DNA of 61,751 bases, counting the filler, from Choristocarpus tenellus KU-1152 (lineage: Eukaryota > Protista > Phaeophyceae): the NCBI GenBank assembly GCA_964200185.2. It is 7 parts of 7 records of this genome, joined end to end, with 100 filler letters (N's around TTAATTAATTAA, not from the genome) between each part and the next. Parts side by side here need not be neighbours in the genome. Positions count along the whole stretch, not along the records: positions 1 to 29,215 come from CAXNAD020000112.1; positions 29,316 to 36,851 come from CAXNAD020005992.1; positions 36,952 to 43,044 come from CAXNAD020008957.1; 4 more parts are not named here. One strand, written 5' to 3'. Made by a program: the position numbers and the translations under genes. Under the pieces are notes generated by a model. It saw only the letters and a list, made by a program, of their open reading frames with translations, was not told the origin of the DNA and searched no databases. The stretch's first letter is position 1. Each line of letters opens with the position of its first letter. Shown here piece after piece: positions 28,503 to 39,544 of this stretch.

Positions 28503-29215
28503 CTTCACACACTTTTCACACAACTGAAGTATTGTGCAACTACGTGACAAATGATCAGAAACAAATTAAAAATGACCATTTCAAATATATATATATGTAT
28601 CACTACCAATCGCAACCTCCAGGTGGATCGAACATACTTGGACATACAACAAAATTGAGTCTTTCCTCTGGTGCAATATGTACATACATACATTAACCAA
28701 GAAGAATGTCAGGTGGGGGGTTAAGATATTTGTAGTACAACCACCAGAAAAAAAAGCAATTCTTAAGGTATGCATATATTTTGTTAGGCCAGGCCTTCTC
28801 CAATACAATGGGGTGGGGAAGGGGGGGGGAGAATTGATTCTTGACTGTATTCCAAGTAACTTAACCAAGCACTTTGGAATAATACTCCATGTTAATAAAA
28901 GTAACGAAAGACATCCCTCATTGGTCGATGCTATGCTGGATCCAATCTTGTAGAAAGAGACTACCAGTAGCCACCATCTAAATCTAAGTCTCCACTGAAA
29001 AGATCACAAGAAAATAGGAGAGTCATAAAACCCAAACACTCACTCTAATGTAATTATATCATTGCTCTAGTACTGTCAAGATAAAATAACTATTGCCTGC
29101 AAAATCTCTTGCACAAAATACTCCAGAGTACATACAAGATAAGATTCATTAGGAGCATCTATTTTAATTTTCAAAAATAAAACACCCTACAAAAGTCGGT
29201 CATGAGCATGGGGAG

Positions 29216-29315
29216 NNNNNNNNNNNNNNNNNNNNNNNNNNNNNNNNNNNNNNNNNNNNTTAATTAATTAANNNNNNNNNNNNNNNNNNNNNNNNNNNNN
29301 NNNNNNNNNNNNNNN
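29216..29315. other. Artificial contig-join linker (N44-TTAATTAATTAA-N44). Also at 36852-36951, 43045-43144, 45895-45994, 52486-52585, 55649-55748; plain 10-N gap at 53849-53858
   Basis: Identical 100-nt spacer with stops in all six frames, repeated six times. Confidence 0.97.
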
Positions 29316-29767
29316 CCCCCCAGATACTTTGACCCGACTACTAGCCGATAGAGATTATCCTCTTTCCCCCAAGGCACTGACCACAACCCAAGTACTGTTA
29401 TTATTGCTTGGTGGTAGGCATTTGTTGAACTATCCCACACTGGACCCCTAGCTTTTATGGTGCTTCAAAGAAGGACAAAGAACACCTTGATGTAGATGAA
29501 CAAAGTTAGTATTACAAGGGCTTGTGGTCTCGATTCCGCTGACTGGATATGTGGGTGAGACGAGCCTAAACAACCATTACTATTCTACAGTGTGGGGTTT
29601 GTAATCTTCCACACTAATTTACTATGAATAACTTATTTACTTGTCTTAAGTATAGAAAGTGTATCTTTGAACATGATACAAAAACCAATCAACACTATGA
29701 GTCAGTGCATATAATATATCTGTCACTGGCTCTCCATCCTATTATCTAATCCACCGGTGGGGTCTAT

Positions 29768-30036
29768 GAGTGAAAGTAACTTAGAGGGTACGAATTTTGC
29801 CCTGTTTGTCCATGTGAGGCTTGGCTTCCCACGTGTTTTTATTGACATTTTACCTACTCCCAAATGTTTCGGAGTAGGTAAAATGTATATGTTATAAAAA
29901 GGAGTGTCCAGACAAGGATATTGACATCTCCTAACAAACATGATAGTCAAAATTACATCAAAATTACATCAAAATTGCAACACTGGATATTGGTCCCCAA
30001 ATGGACGCGGCTGTACCCTCTAAGACACTTTGGCTC
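29768..30036 (-). mobile_element. MITE copy 1 (Sola2-like), inverted relative to the other copies
   Basis: TIRs GAGTGAAAGTAACTTAGAGGGTA ... TACCCTCTAAGACACTTTGGCTC. Perfect 4-bp TSD CTAT at 29764-29767 and 30037-30040. Confidence 0.9.
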
Positions 30037-30061
30037 CTATGTGTATCAGCAGCACTATCTA

Positions 30062-30151
30062 CTAATAGTATTCTCCTTTCCCGTCCTCTTTTCCCCCCAG
30101 CACGGCTCCCACGGCAGGACCCCATCCTGTCCATGAAAGTTCGACCATAGC
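30062..30151 (-). CDS. Possible terminal exon of an unidentified gene
   Basis: Acceptor ttacag followed by AMVELSWTGWGPAVGAVLGGKEDGKGEYY*. No homology recognised; upstream exon not established. Confidence 0.35.
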   Translation of the reverse strand, partial: AMVELSWTGWGPAVGAVLGGKEDGKGEYY

Positions 30152-31120
30152 CTGTAACAGACAGTTATTGCAAGTGAGACACAGTGGTATTGAACAGGAG
30201 TTACTCCTTGACAGCAATGTCACAAAAGGTTCATCCAAGTTGTAATTCTCCACACGGGTTGGATGCTGGAGATACAGAAAAAATGAATGATTGTAACATG
30301 AGGTTCATAAAAGATGTTTTAATATGTGAGGTCACCCTTCATACCTAGAAACCATAGGTGGTGAAGGTTTTTCACCACATTTACGCGTATAAAAATTCGG
30401 ACGCGAGAGCAGCAGGATTTTCCGCGCGCACTCGCATTGCGCATGTCACTCACACTCGTTTTTTTCCACGATTTTGTGTGTTACAACATTTATTCCCAAT
30501 AACCAGAAAGAACACAAAACAGGCGGATTCCATACCTTAGGACGTGTATTAAAAGTGCAATATGTGATTTTCGTGCTTCTATATGCCTTCCACATCTTTG
30601 AGTGCAAAGATCAAGCACTTCAGAGGTGGTTCAGGCCAAGGCTCGTCGCGGCAGTGATTTTATGTCTTGGTTGAAGGGGATTTATCCACAACCTCAATGC
30701 TCTACCTGAGGATGAGATGAGGTTTCACTCTCGTTGGAGATTGGAAATGATAAAGAGTATATGTATGATGTAGAGTAGTATGTAGAGCTGGGAGAGGACA
30801 TGAGAGAAGACGTTGTGCAATTAAACCTTGGAAAGTATGGTTATTTTATTAGTACTGAAGACAAGAAGAGGGGAGCCTCACGCGATTTCCCTTTGCTGAA
30901 CGTGAAATGAATGGGTGGATGAATGATAAGAGTAACCTTTTGGGGTGTATTCTTATTGCTTGTCCTGTTATTATTATTGCCTCACACATAAGTCAACGGC
31001 TATGTCAGAGTAGTTTTACTGCAATACCAAACCTATATATAATCCCCATACATAATCCGGACGTACTATCTCATTAGTTACATCACATGGACTCAATTCA
31101 ACGGCATAATCTCACATACA

Positions 31121-31381
31121 GAGTAAAGTATCTTAGAGGGTAGAGTCGTGTCCGTTTGGGGGGCAAAATCCAATGTTGTGATTTGGATGTAATTTTGACT
31201 ATCGTGTTTGCTAGGAAGTGACAATATCCTTGTTCCGGGCACACCTTTTCATAACATATACTCCACACTTTTATCTACTCCAAAACATTTCGGAGTAGGT
31301 AAAATGTCATTAAAAACCCATGGGAAGCCAAGCCCTAAACGAACAAACAGGGCAAACTCGTATCCTCTAAGATACTTTCAC
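31121..31381 (+). mobile_element. MITE copy 2, nested in the Copia 3' LTR
   Basis: GAGTAAAGTATCTTAGAGGGTA...TATCCTCTAAGATACTTTCAC. Absent at the matching position of the other LTR (~36125). Confidence 0.88.
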
Positions 31382-34300
31382 ACAAAAGGTACACCTTACG
31401 ATTGCCCTCTTTCTTCCCCACGAAAGTACAGGCAAGGAAGGGTGGCTGGAACTCTGAAACCTATTTTTAAAAAATCATAGTCCGAACGAAATTCATCTGC
31501 AACCCTTGTCAAAACTGAATTGAGGAATGTTTTGTACCTTGTGCTTGCATGTACGTTTTGTTAGAATATCTGCAAGCTGTAACTCTGTTGGAACATACTC
31601 TACTGTAAACAGTCCTTGTGCTATACACTTCCTATATATTTTAAGTACTATATCCACCTGCTTTGGTTCTACCATTGAAACCCTCAACACTGCCTACCTG
31701 AATGGTCCCACGGTTGCCAAACCGTATGGTTGATCCTTGATCCAACCAAGTTCCCCCCAAATCTCCTTCAGGTAAATGCCATGTCTCATCCTGTGTGTCA
31801 TGGCTGTCCATTCTGCGTCTGTAGTTGATAGTGTAATGGCTCCTTGTAGTTTTGATCTCCATGCAAATGGGTGCTCCATTCATGAGTATCAGATACCCTG
31901 TCATGTGCCGCCTTAACTCAGGGGTCAATGCCCCAGTCTGAGTCACCATATCCAACATAACCCGCATTGTTCAAGCTACCACCAGCAGAATAGTATATCC
32001 CCGTGTTGATGGTGACTGCAATATATCGTAGTACATGCTGCAGCCCTTTTCATTGTCTGCTGCATGGAGATGCTATATATATGCCCAGGACCCACATGGT
32101 GTTGGACAGGCCAGGTCGCCTCTTGCCAGCCAGGAACATGAGCTTCTCCAAAATGGTGCAGTAAGGTCTGCACATCTGATCCAGCTCCTCCTCATCAATT
32201 ATCCTCGGGGCCAGGTCCATTCCCAAGATCAAGGGTGATGAGGCATTCCGAACCTCTGTTGATCCCATCCCCCCACAAAGAATGCTCTCCGTGTAAAAGC
32301 GCTGGTCCAGTGTGATGCCAGCCTCACCTCGGTTAATGGCCACCCCAACTAACTTGTCTCGGGTCCCAAGGTCACGTCCCTCGTACTTGGCCAGCAAACT
32401 GGTACTCATCTGCTCTATTTCTTCATCAGAGTCTCCGGACAACGATATATCATCCACATAGTGGACGAGGATAGCGATCTGACCGTCCTCACCCCTCTTC
32501 ACGTACAGGCAGGTATTGAAATTACTGGCACTCTTCCCCTCATCTAATACTGACTCCTTGAGCTCCCTATACCACTCCATATTGCTGATTGCTTGAGGCC
32601 ATAGATGGCCCTGGCTGCTTTCACAATGGACCTGTTGGGCAGTTGTAACCATATATCCTCAGGGAGTGGTGCGTTCAAATATGCTTGGGTGAAGTCTAGG
32701 GAGTTGATAAACCAGTTTCTGTCGGCCGCTGTAGCAAGGACTGCCCGAACGACATCACTGGACTGAACGTGTCACTGAACGTATCGAAGTAATCTACTCC
32801 TTCCTGTTGGACGAAGCTCCATGCCAACAGTCTCAACTTAAATCTTTCAATGTCTCCATCGACTTTCTATTTTATCTTAGATATATATATATATATCTTG
32901 TCTTGACAGGTCTCCTCCCTAGTGGCAGACTCTCTCCGTGATGGAAGGTTCCTTGGCTTCGTTCGCCCTCCATTTCCTGCGCCATTGCATCCTGCCAGTG
33001 CTCTGGTTCAGGCCCTGCAAGAGCTTTAGCGATAATGGATGGTTCCCAGTGACCTTAGGAATGTCACCTGCCATGTCCATCAAGCAGTAAGCGTCGTCCT
33101 TGCTTACTGTGAGCATATTGGCCATATCCTCGCCCAGTTCCTTGGGATTTCCCCAATGTAGACCCCTGTAGCCCGCTCTGGATTGTTTTTCTATCGTTAC
33201 TAACCTCTGTTGCCCACTAGGTGAACTTGTTGAGTTCTTGCACGTGGCTGTTGCTCTCACTATCGGATTGGCTACACTATCAAAATCCCCATTGGAGTCT
33301 TCAGCTTTATCGTAGATATCTTCATTGTTAATCAAGGTCATGGTCTCTTGCTCCACCACAAAGTCCATGGTGCGTTCATCTGGCTCAAACGTCACTTGGG
33401 CTGAGGTCACCAAATTGGCCTCTCCAGATGTACCAACACAGTGGTGTATGATCGTGTCCCATAATGATCCCTCGCTTGGCGTAGGTGAAACTTCGAACCA
33501 GCTCCCCTCTGCTGTTTCTCTTGGTGGACATAGCACTCGCTCTCCCAGACCCAAACCCTATCATAGTTTAAGGTTTTGGCTGTCGAACGTTCACTCGTTG
33601 TTTCTCCTTCCAGATATTCATGTGGCATGCCTCCCGTTTTGAAGGCGACATCCATGGTTGCATAGAACCAGTACTCATTGCCCAGGCCAGCCTACACTAT
33701 TTAACTCCCTGCTGCCCCCATTAGTTGTTTATTGTCCTCTCCGCGATCCCATTGCTCTGTGGTGTTCTCGGTAGTGACTTCCTCCATCTGGTGCCATTAT
33801 TCGCCAGCATCCTTTCAAATTTCACCAACCTCCCGAGTTCACCAGCACCATCACCGCTGATATATTTAACTGATACGTCTTCCCTAGTCATCGAGTCGAT
33901 ATAGGCAGTGGTTGCGTCCGTCACTGCGTCTTTGGTCTTCAAGCCGTAAACACACTTTGCTCTCGTCAATGAATACCTGAAAGTACTTGTGGCCAGTAGA
34001 ACCAACTCTCCAGTTTCTTTCACCTCCAGTTTTCCATTGTTACACCAAAGGTGCATGCCCGATTGGTAGTCCGAGTGCATACCGGGTCTTCACAATCAGG
34101 TGTAAGGTGGACGTTTGCTCTGGAATCGCACATCCTGACTTCCTTTCTGCCGGAGGAGTTGAGTATCACACTTCAATTAACCTCCTTGTTTGCTGTCACC
34201 TTGAAGGTGAAGAAGAAGCACGCTTGGTTTCTGCTTACCTTGTTCCTTGGTGGACGTCTGTTATTACCGCACACACCAAGGGGGGGTGGCGGAAATGCTC

Positions 34301-35817
34301 TCGCAGGCGCCATCCCAGGTGTGGCAGGTGGCTTGCCAGCCAAGTTTGAGTAGCACTTCTGCCAGTTGTGGTTTATCTTTGAACAGTACGCACATTGGTT
34401 GAAGACAGGGTTGCTTCCACCTGATCTCATGGACTTCCCAGCATGGCCGTCCCTCACCATGCATCGCCAATACCCCATCATGCCCATCTTGGTCTGAGTG
34501 GAGGTAATTCGTCAAAGAGATGATTACCCGTTTGACCTCCTCATAGTTGATTTCAGGGCACATTATAAATTCCACGAACACGTATGGCATGGCGTCCCTG
34601 ATGCCAAGCAGTATAGATGCCTTTCATGTTCTCTGACTTTGGTTCCTTCAGCTGCTCGAAATCTGCAAATAGCCACTTGAGCTTAATTACGAAGTCTGTG
34701 CTGTCCTCTGACGCAGCGCACCTAAGTTTTCTCAAACTTTGCCTCTAGCATGATAAGCTGCACAGGGATCTCGTCCTCCGCACCTCCTCCGTAGACTCTC
34801 TAATTTCAACCGTGCTGCTCTGCCGTCCGGCTCACCCTCGTTCTCGTATCTGGCGAAAATTGCCAATGCAGACCCCTTCGTCACTTGGATGGGCAGAAAC
34901 CACAAGGACTTGGTGTTCTTGGTGTAGGCCGCATATGCTGTGTGCACTGCCACCTCTGATGTGGTTGAATGGTCCCCGTCCCCTAGTGTGGCCTATCAAA
35001 GACAGTCTCCAAGTGAACCAGGTCTCCAATGAACGTCCTGCGTCCCCCGTCCAGACTGTTGAAACCTGAATCGAATGCATTATACTTCTGAGCAAAATGC
35101 GTAGACTATGAGCGATGAGGAATCCTGGTGTTGCAAAGCACCGATGAGTAAAATGCATAGTTTATGTTGTGAATAGATGTGATTGTGCTGCAAAGCACCA
35201 ATGTATTTATTCTGTTGTAACTGAGGTCACTGATTGCTCAGTCAAGAACGATGTGATGTGAATTCAGTGTTCTTTCATGAAATACTCAACGAAAGAAGTC
35301 CATGCTCTGTGGAGAGGCTCGTTACCTTGGCAGGCAAGGGTTTCCGTGGATAGTTTAACTCTGAATATAATATAACATCCAGGTGTGCATCAGGTACACT
35401 TATTGCAGAGTGAGCTTGGTGAATTTTGAGGGGTCAATGACAATCAAGAAAGAAATAATAATCAACAATTGACATGCAACTGTCATCTTCTGCTGCTAAG
35501 AAGAAGAAAGAGAGAGTAAACAGAACAACATGACAAACAACAGAACAACAGAACAAAATTGAATCAATATGTGATGCACTCAAATGATGCATACTATTCC
35601 TGTGTGTAGAATGCAGAGCGATTGTTCTGTACTGCGGTGTTCTGACGGTAGTTGATGTGGTGATGAACTAGTAACAGTAACGACCAGTGCGTATCAGACC
35701 AATCAACACAGTCAGTATTGACTGGTGGAACTGTATTGTATCAAGGAAAAAACAGATGAGTAGCCCATGTTTTAACACAGACAGCAAGTTTCTTCAGGTC
35801 GGTCTCCATACCGCGAA

Positions 35818-35828
35818 GGCTCATAACC
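35818..35828 (-). promoter_or_regulatory. Primer-binding site GGTTATGAGCC (half-tRNA-iMet type)
   Basis: Directly follows the ...TGCACA LTR end on the minus strand; matches the copia-type internal tRNA-iMet PBS pattern. Confidence 0.8.
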
Positions 35829-37050
35829 TGTGCAATGAAACCTTGGAAAGTATTGCTGTTTGATTAGAAAGACAAGAAGAGGAGGGCCTCACACGATTCC
35901 CCCTTGCTGAACGTGAAATGAATGGATGGATGAAATTAGAAGAGTGACCTTGTGGGGTACATTCTTACTGCTTGTTCTATTATTATTCCTTCATACATAA
36001 GTCAGCGGTTATGTCAGAGTAGTTTAACTGCAATACCAAACCCATACATAATCCCCATACATATTCCAGATTACCATCTCATTAGTTCTAGCACATATAA
36101 TCAATCCAATGCCATACTCTCACCTACACAAAAAGGATACGCGATACAATTTCTATTTTGCACGTACATGAACAGAGGCATGGCAACTCCTGTGGAGCCG
36201 TAAAGAAATATCTTACAAAGAATGAGCCCATATGCATAAAATACTCAGGTATTTGAACTCTTCATTGACCCAAACAGGAGCCAGTAACTATGTCTGAGAG
36301 GCCATCCCCATACAGTAAAATACGGAGAGATGTGGTTTGTAGAGCCTGAGAGGAGTAACACAGCCAGATGCCTGAGCTGTTCTCCTTTCTCCAAGCATTC
36401 TACCCAAGAATTCAAATACCTCATGACTCTCCTGACAGTAAACGTTTTATTTCTCAACTATTCCATCACTCCAACCTACATTACGCATACCAAGAATCGT
36501 GCCTGGACATGACCTTCTACCACGATCATTTTCTCTACAAAAAAACTATCACTCTCTTCCCACCTGTATGTCCAACTTTCGTTCTGACAACCTTAAATAA
36601 CCAAAAATCTAGATGTCACATGAAGAATGCCATCCTATCATAGATGTGCGTTGTCCTCTGTTTTCTACCTCACATTAAATTGATCGAATTTGAGGAAGAA
36701 CCACAAAATATATTGCCATACGCTTACCTAGTAGTTCCTTCCACATTACAAGCTGTCACAAATTAATTGGTGTTTGACCCAAGTATCTTGGGGGGGGGGG
36801 GGGGCTACACCAGGGGGTCCATTTGGGACAAAAAAAAAAAAAAAACAGCATNNNNNNNNNNNNNNNNNNNNNNNNNNNNNNNNNNNNNNNNNNNNTTAAT
36901 TAATTAANNNNNNNNNNNNNNNNNNNNNNNNNNNNNNNNNNNNNNNNNNNNGAGTCCTATACGTACATCAGTATCATCTAAAGGCCCGTAGATTGGAGCT
37001 ATACATCCTGTGGAGGTAAGCTTTCGGGGGCGCCTGTAACAGCTATAGTC

Positions 37051-37260
37051 ATCCATATATATACATTTCATAAAGTGACATGTTTTGAGCATTGATGTTG
37101 ACTGGATAATATCACTGTAAAATAAAATGGATTAATAATCCTTTTATACATACTGCATCGCACAGAGTTATATTCATCCATATATATATTTATTCATTTC
37201 ATTAAGTGAGATGTTTTGAGCCTTGATATCGACTGGATAATATCACTATAAAAAAAAATG
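37051..37260. repeat. Direct duplication of an ~80-bp AT-rich unit
   Basis: atccatatatata..tgttttgagc.ttgat...gactggataatatcact at ~37051-37129 and ~37176-37260. Confidence 0.85.
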
Positions 37261-39245
37261 CGCAACCCACAGATAGGGTATGAGACATCACAGATCACAC
37301 TAGCAATGGGAGGAGGTAATAACCACTACAAGTGGCTTGCTGTCTTGAGAACTTGCTCGTCAATGATGTTTTCCTCTCCTCACCCGAGGTTAGGTGTGCC
37401 ATCTGTTTAGTTATTAAATGGGACAAAAGTTCAAATATGTTGCAGCTAACCTCAAACTGATACTATGACAGGAGGTGGTATTAGCACAGAAGGGTGATTA
37501 TTCTGCCAAGTTGCGTCAGTGCCTTCATATCTACCCCCCATTACAAATCCACAGCTCAAGACCAGCACAACAACCTGAAGAATAAAAAAAATAATGTTTT
37601 ATTTATTTCATCAACACCGACTCACCCAACCATACACAACACTCTTTACGTACTCTGCCTCATACATGTTGTAAACATTATTTCACACATCTCACGCTTC
37701 AGGCAATAGCTCTAGAGCATGCCACATGCCACAGCTGTCACCTACCCTTACTAACAATAATACCAAAAACTGACAAACAGGCCAGTCTAAACAGCAAATG
37801 CCTCCCCAACATGTACTTACAAGAGCTAACGTTTTGAAAACAATGAGCAATCAAATAGTGAACAAAATCCCAAAAAGCAGCACAGCTGGTCTGCAAACTT
37901 CAAGTCAAGGATCACGCCCTCCTGCAATCAGCTCATATACACCATTACGTTCACATATAATGAAACAAAACAAGACACTGCATCGCTAGAAAGATCTACG
38001 TATGCACAAAAGCAGTTTCCGTGGATCACTTGCAGTGATCCATGATCCCACCTTAGATCAACTGCCCAGCCCCAAGAGTAGAGCCTCTCTTGTAGATCAT
38101 GTTCATATCGCGAGATACTATCTTATCATCCATGGACCGGGGATACTAATCCACTTTTCAAATACCGTATTTACTTTACACATACTGCCTTCTACAGACG
38201 TTGTGACTTGCGCTAATGAAGGTGAACCTCCAACTACCACATGCTATACATTGCCGACATCATCGATTCAGCTGCCTTTTGAAGAGTCGAACCCACCTGA
38301 GGTTCAGGACCCAGAGGAGGAGAGCGTTAGTTCCATGTAAACGTCAAACACAACCTCTAAGAAGGGAATGGACACAAGGAACAACACTGGGACGGCAAAA
38401 TATAGGGGGGAAGGGGGTCTGGGCAATACAAGAACGTCACGGAGATACGGGCTAATTCGGTAGAGGCCAGAGCGTCAACAAATTGCATGATACTTCAGGC
38501 AAACACAGGAATGAGTACCCAAGGTACAACTACAAGACTGATTGTCAGTTTGAAGGCTGAAGTAGACAAAACAAAAAGAAAAAAAATCGACTATGTTCTT
38601 GATGTTGGCCCATCATGTCCCATCATGTCACATGGCGTAAGAACAATGGAAAGTTTGGAAAATCGAACATTGTGCTGAGGCAGCAGACGCCATCAATCCA
38701 CGAAACATACAACGAATAGTCAGGAGAACAGCCCTGTCTTGTGTTGTACTTGTCAACCTCTCTGCAGCTTGCTTCACGCATTGTTGTTGCTGGTCCTACA
38801 CCACGTGCACTGACAAGAACGTCCCCCTTCGCTCTTCCAGTCTCCTTTACAAAACTCTTCTCAATTGCTCAAAACACAAGATGATCAGTATAGGCATTAC
38901 TCCGGAGTGCACATCGAGGCAAACAAATACCATAGCATCGCTACAACAACACTGTCCTGTCACCAACCAAACTAACTTCAATCGGCAACAGGGCATTGAT
39001 TCATTCCCACCAGCTGCTACCCCCACAAAGAGACAAGAGTGCCCACCAACAACGGAATCACAAGCAAAGACATGGAAGGACAGTTTACGCAGCCTTCACT
39101 CTATATGAATAGTAATACCCCACCATTAAAATACTACTACTTATAAGTACCAGAGCGCTTCAGTTCACCTTCTGCCAACGCCTACAAAAAAAGCAGTATT
39201 ATTGTTACTAATGTTCACACAGACACACACACAAACACACACAGA

Positions 39246-39502
39246 GAGCCAAAGTATCTTAGAGCGTAGAGCCGCATCTGTTTGGGGGCCAAAATCCAAC
39301 GTTACGATTTTGATGTAATCTTGGCGATCGTGTTTGCTAGGACATGTCAATGTCCTTGTTCCAGACACATATTTTCATAACGTATACATTTTACCTACTC
39401 CAAAAACTTTCAGAGTACGAAAATGTTATCAAAAAACCGGGGGAAGTCAAGCCCCAAACAGACAAACAGGGCAAACTCATACCCGCTTAGATAATTTCAC
39501 TC
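39246..39502 (+). mobile_element. MITE copy 3, inserted in an intronic (CA)n tract
   Basis: GAGCCAAAGTATCTTAGAGCGTA...TAGATAATTTCACTC; body collinear with the other copies; (CA)n on both sides. Confidence 0.85.
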
Positions 39503-39503
39503 A

Positions 39504-39542
<39 letters not shown>

Positions 39543-39544
<2 letters not shown>

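Larger units (their letters stand above)
30814..36162 (-). mobile_element. Decayed Ty1/Copia LTR retrotransposon (3' LTR ~30814-31410 including a MITE; 5' LTR 35829-36162)
   Basis: Direct repeats both starting tgtgcaat..aaaccttggaaagta. Minus-strand order: Gag knuckle CAYCSKINHNWQKC, protease-like MCDSRANVHLT, integrase GDGAGE..TPQSNGIAERTIN, RT HYVDD, RNase H YVPTELQLADILTK. Many stops and frameshifts. Confidence 0.93.

Noticed and set aside
29260-29271. Recurrent palindrome TTAATTAATTAA
   Set aside because: Always centred in identical N-padding; an assembly linker, not biology.
30809-30813. Copia target-site duplication GACGT versus CACGT (36161-36165)
   Set aside because: Only a partial match that overlaps the eroded LTR end; cannot be called confidently.
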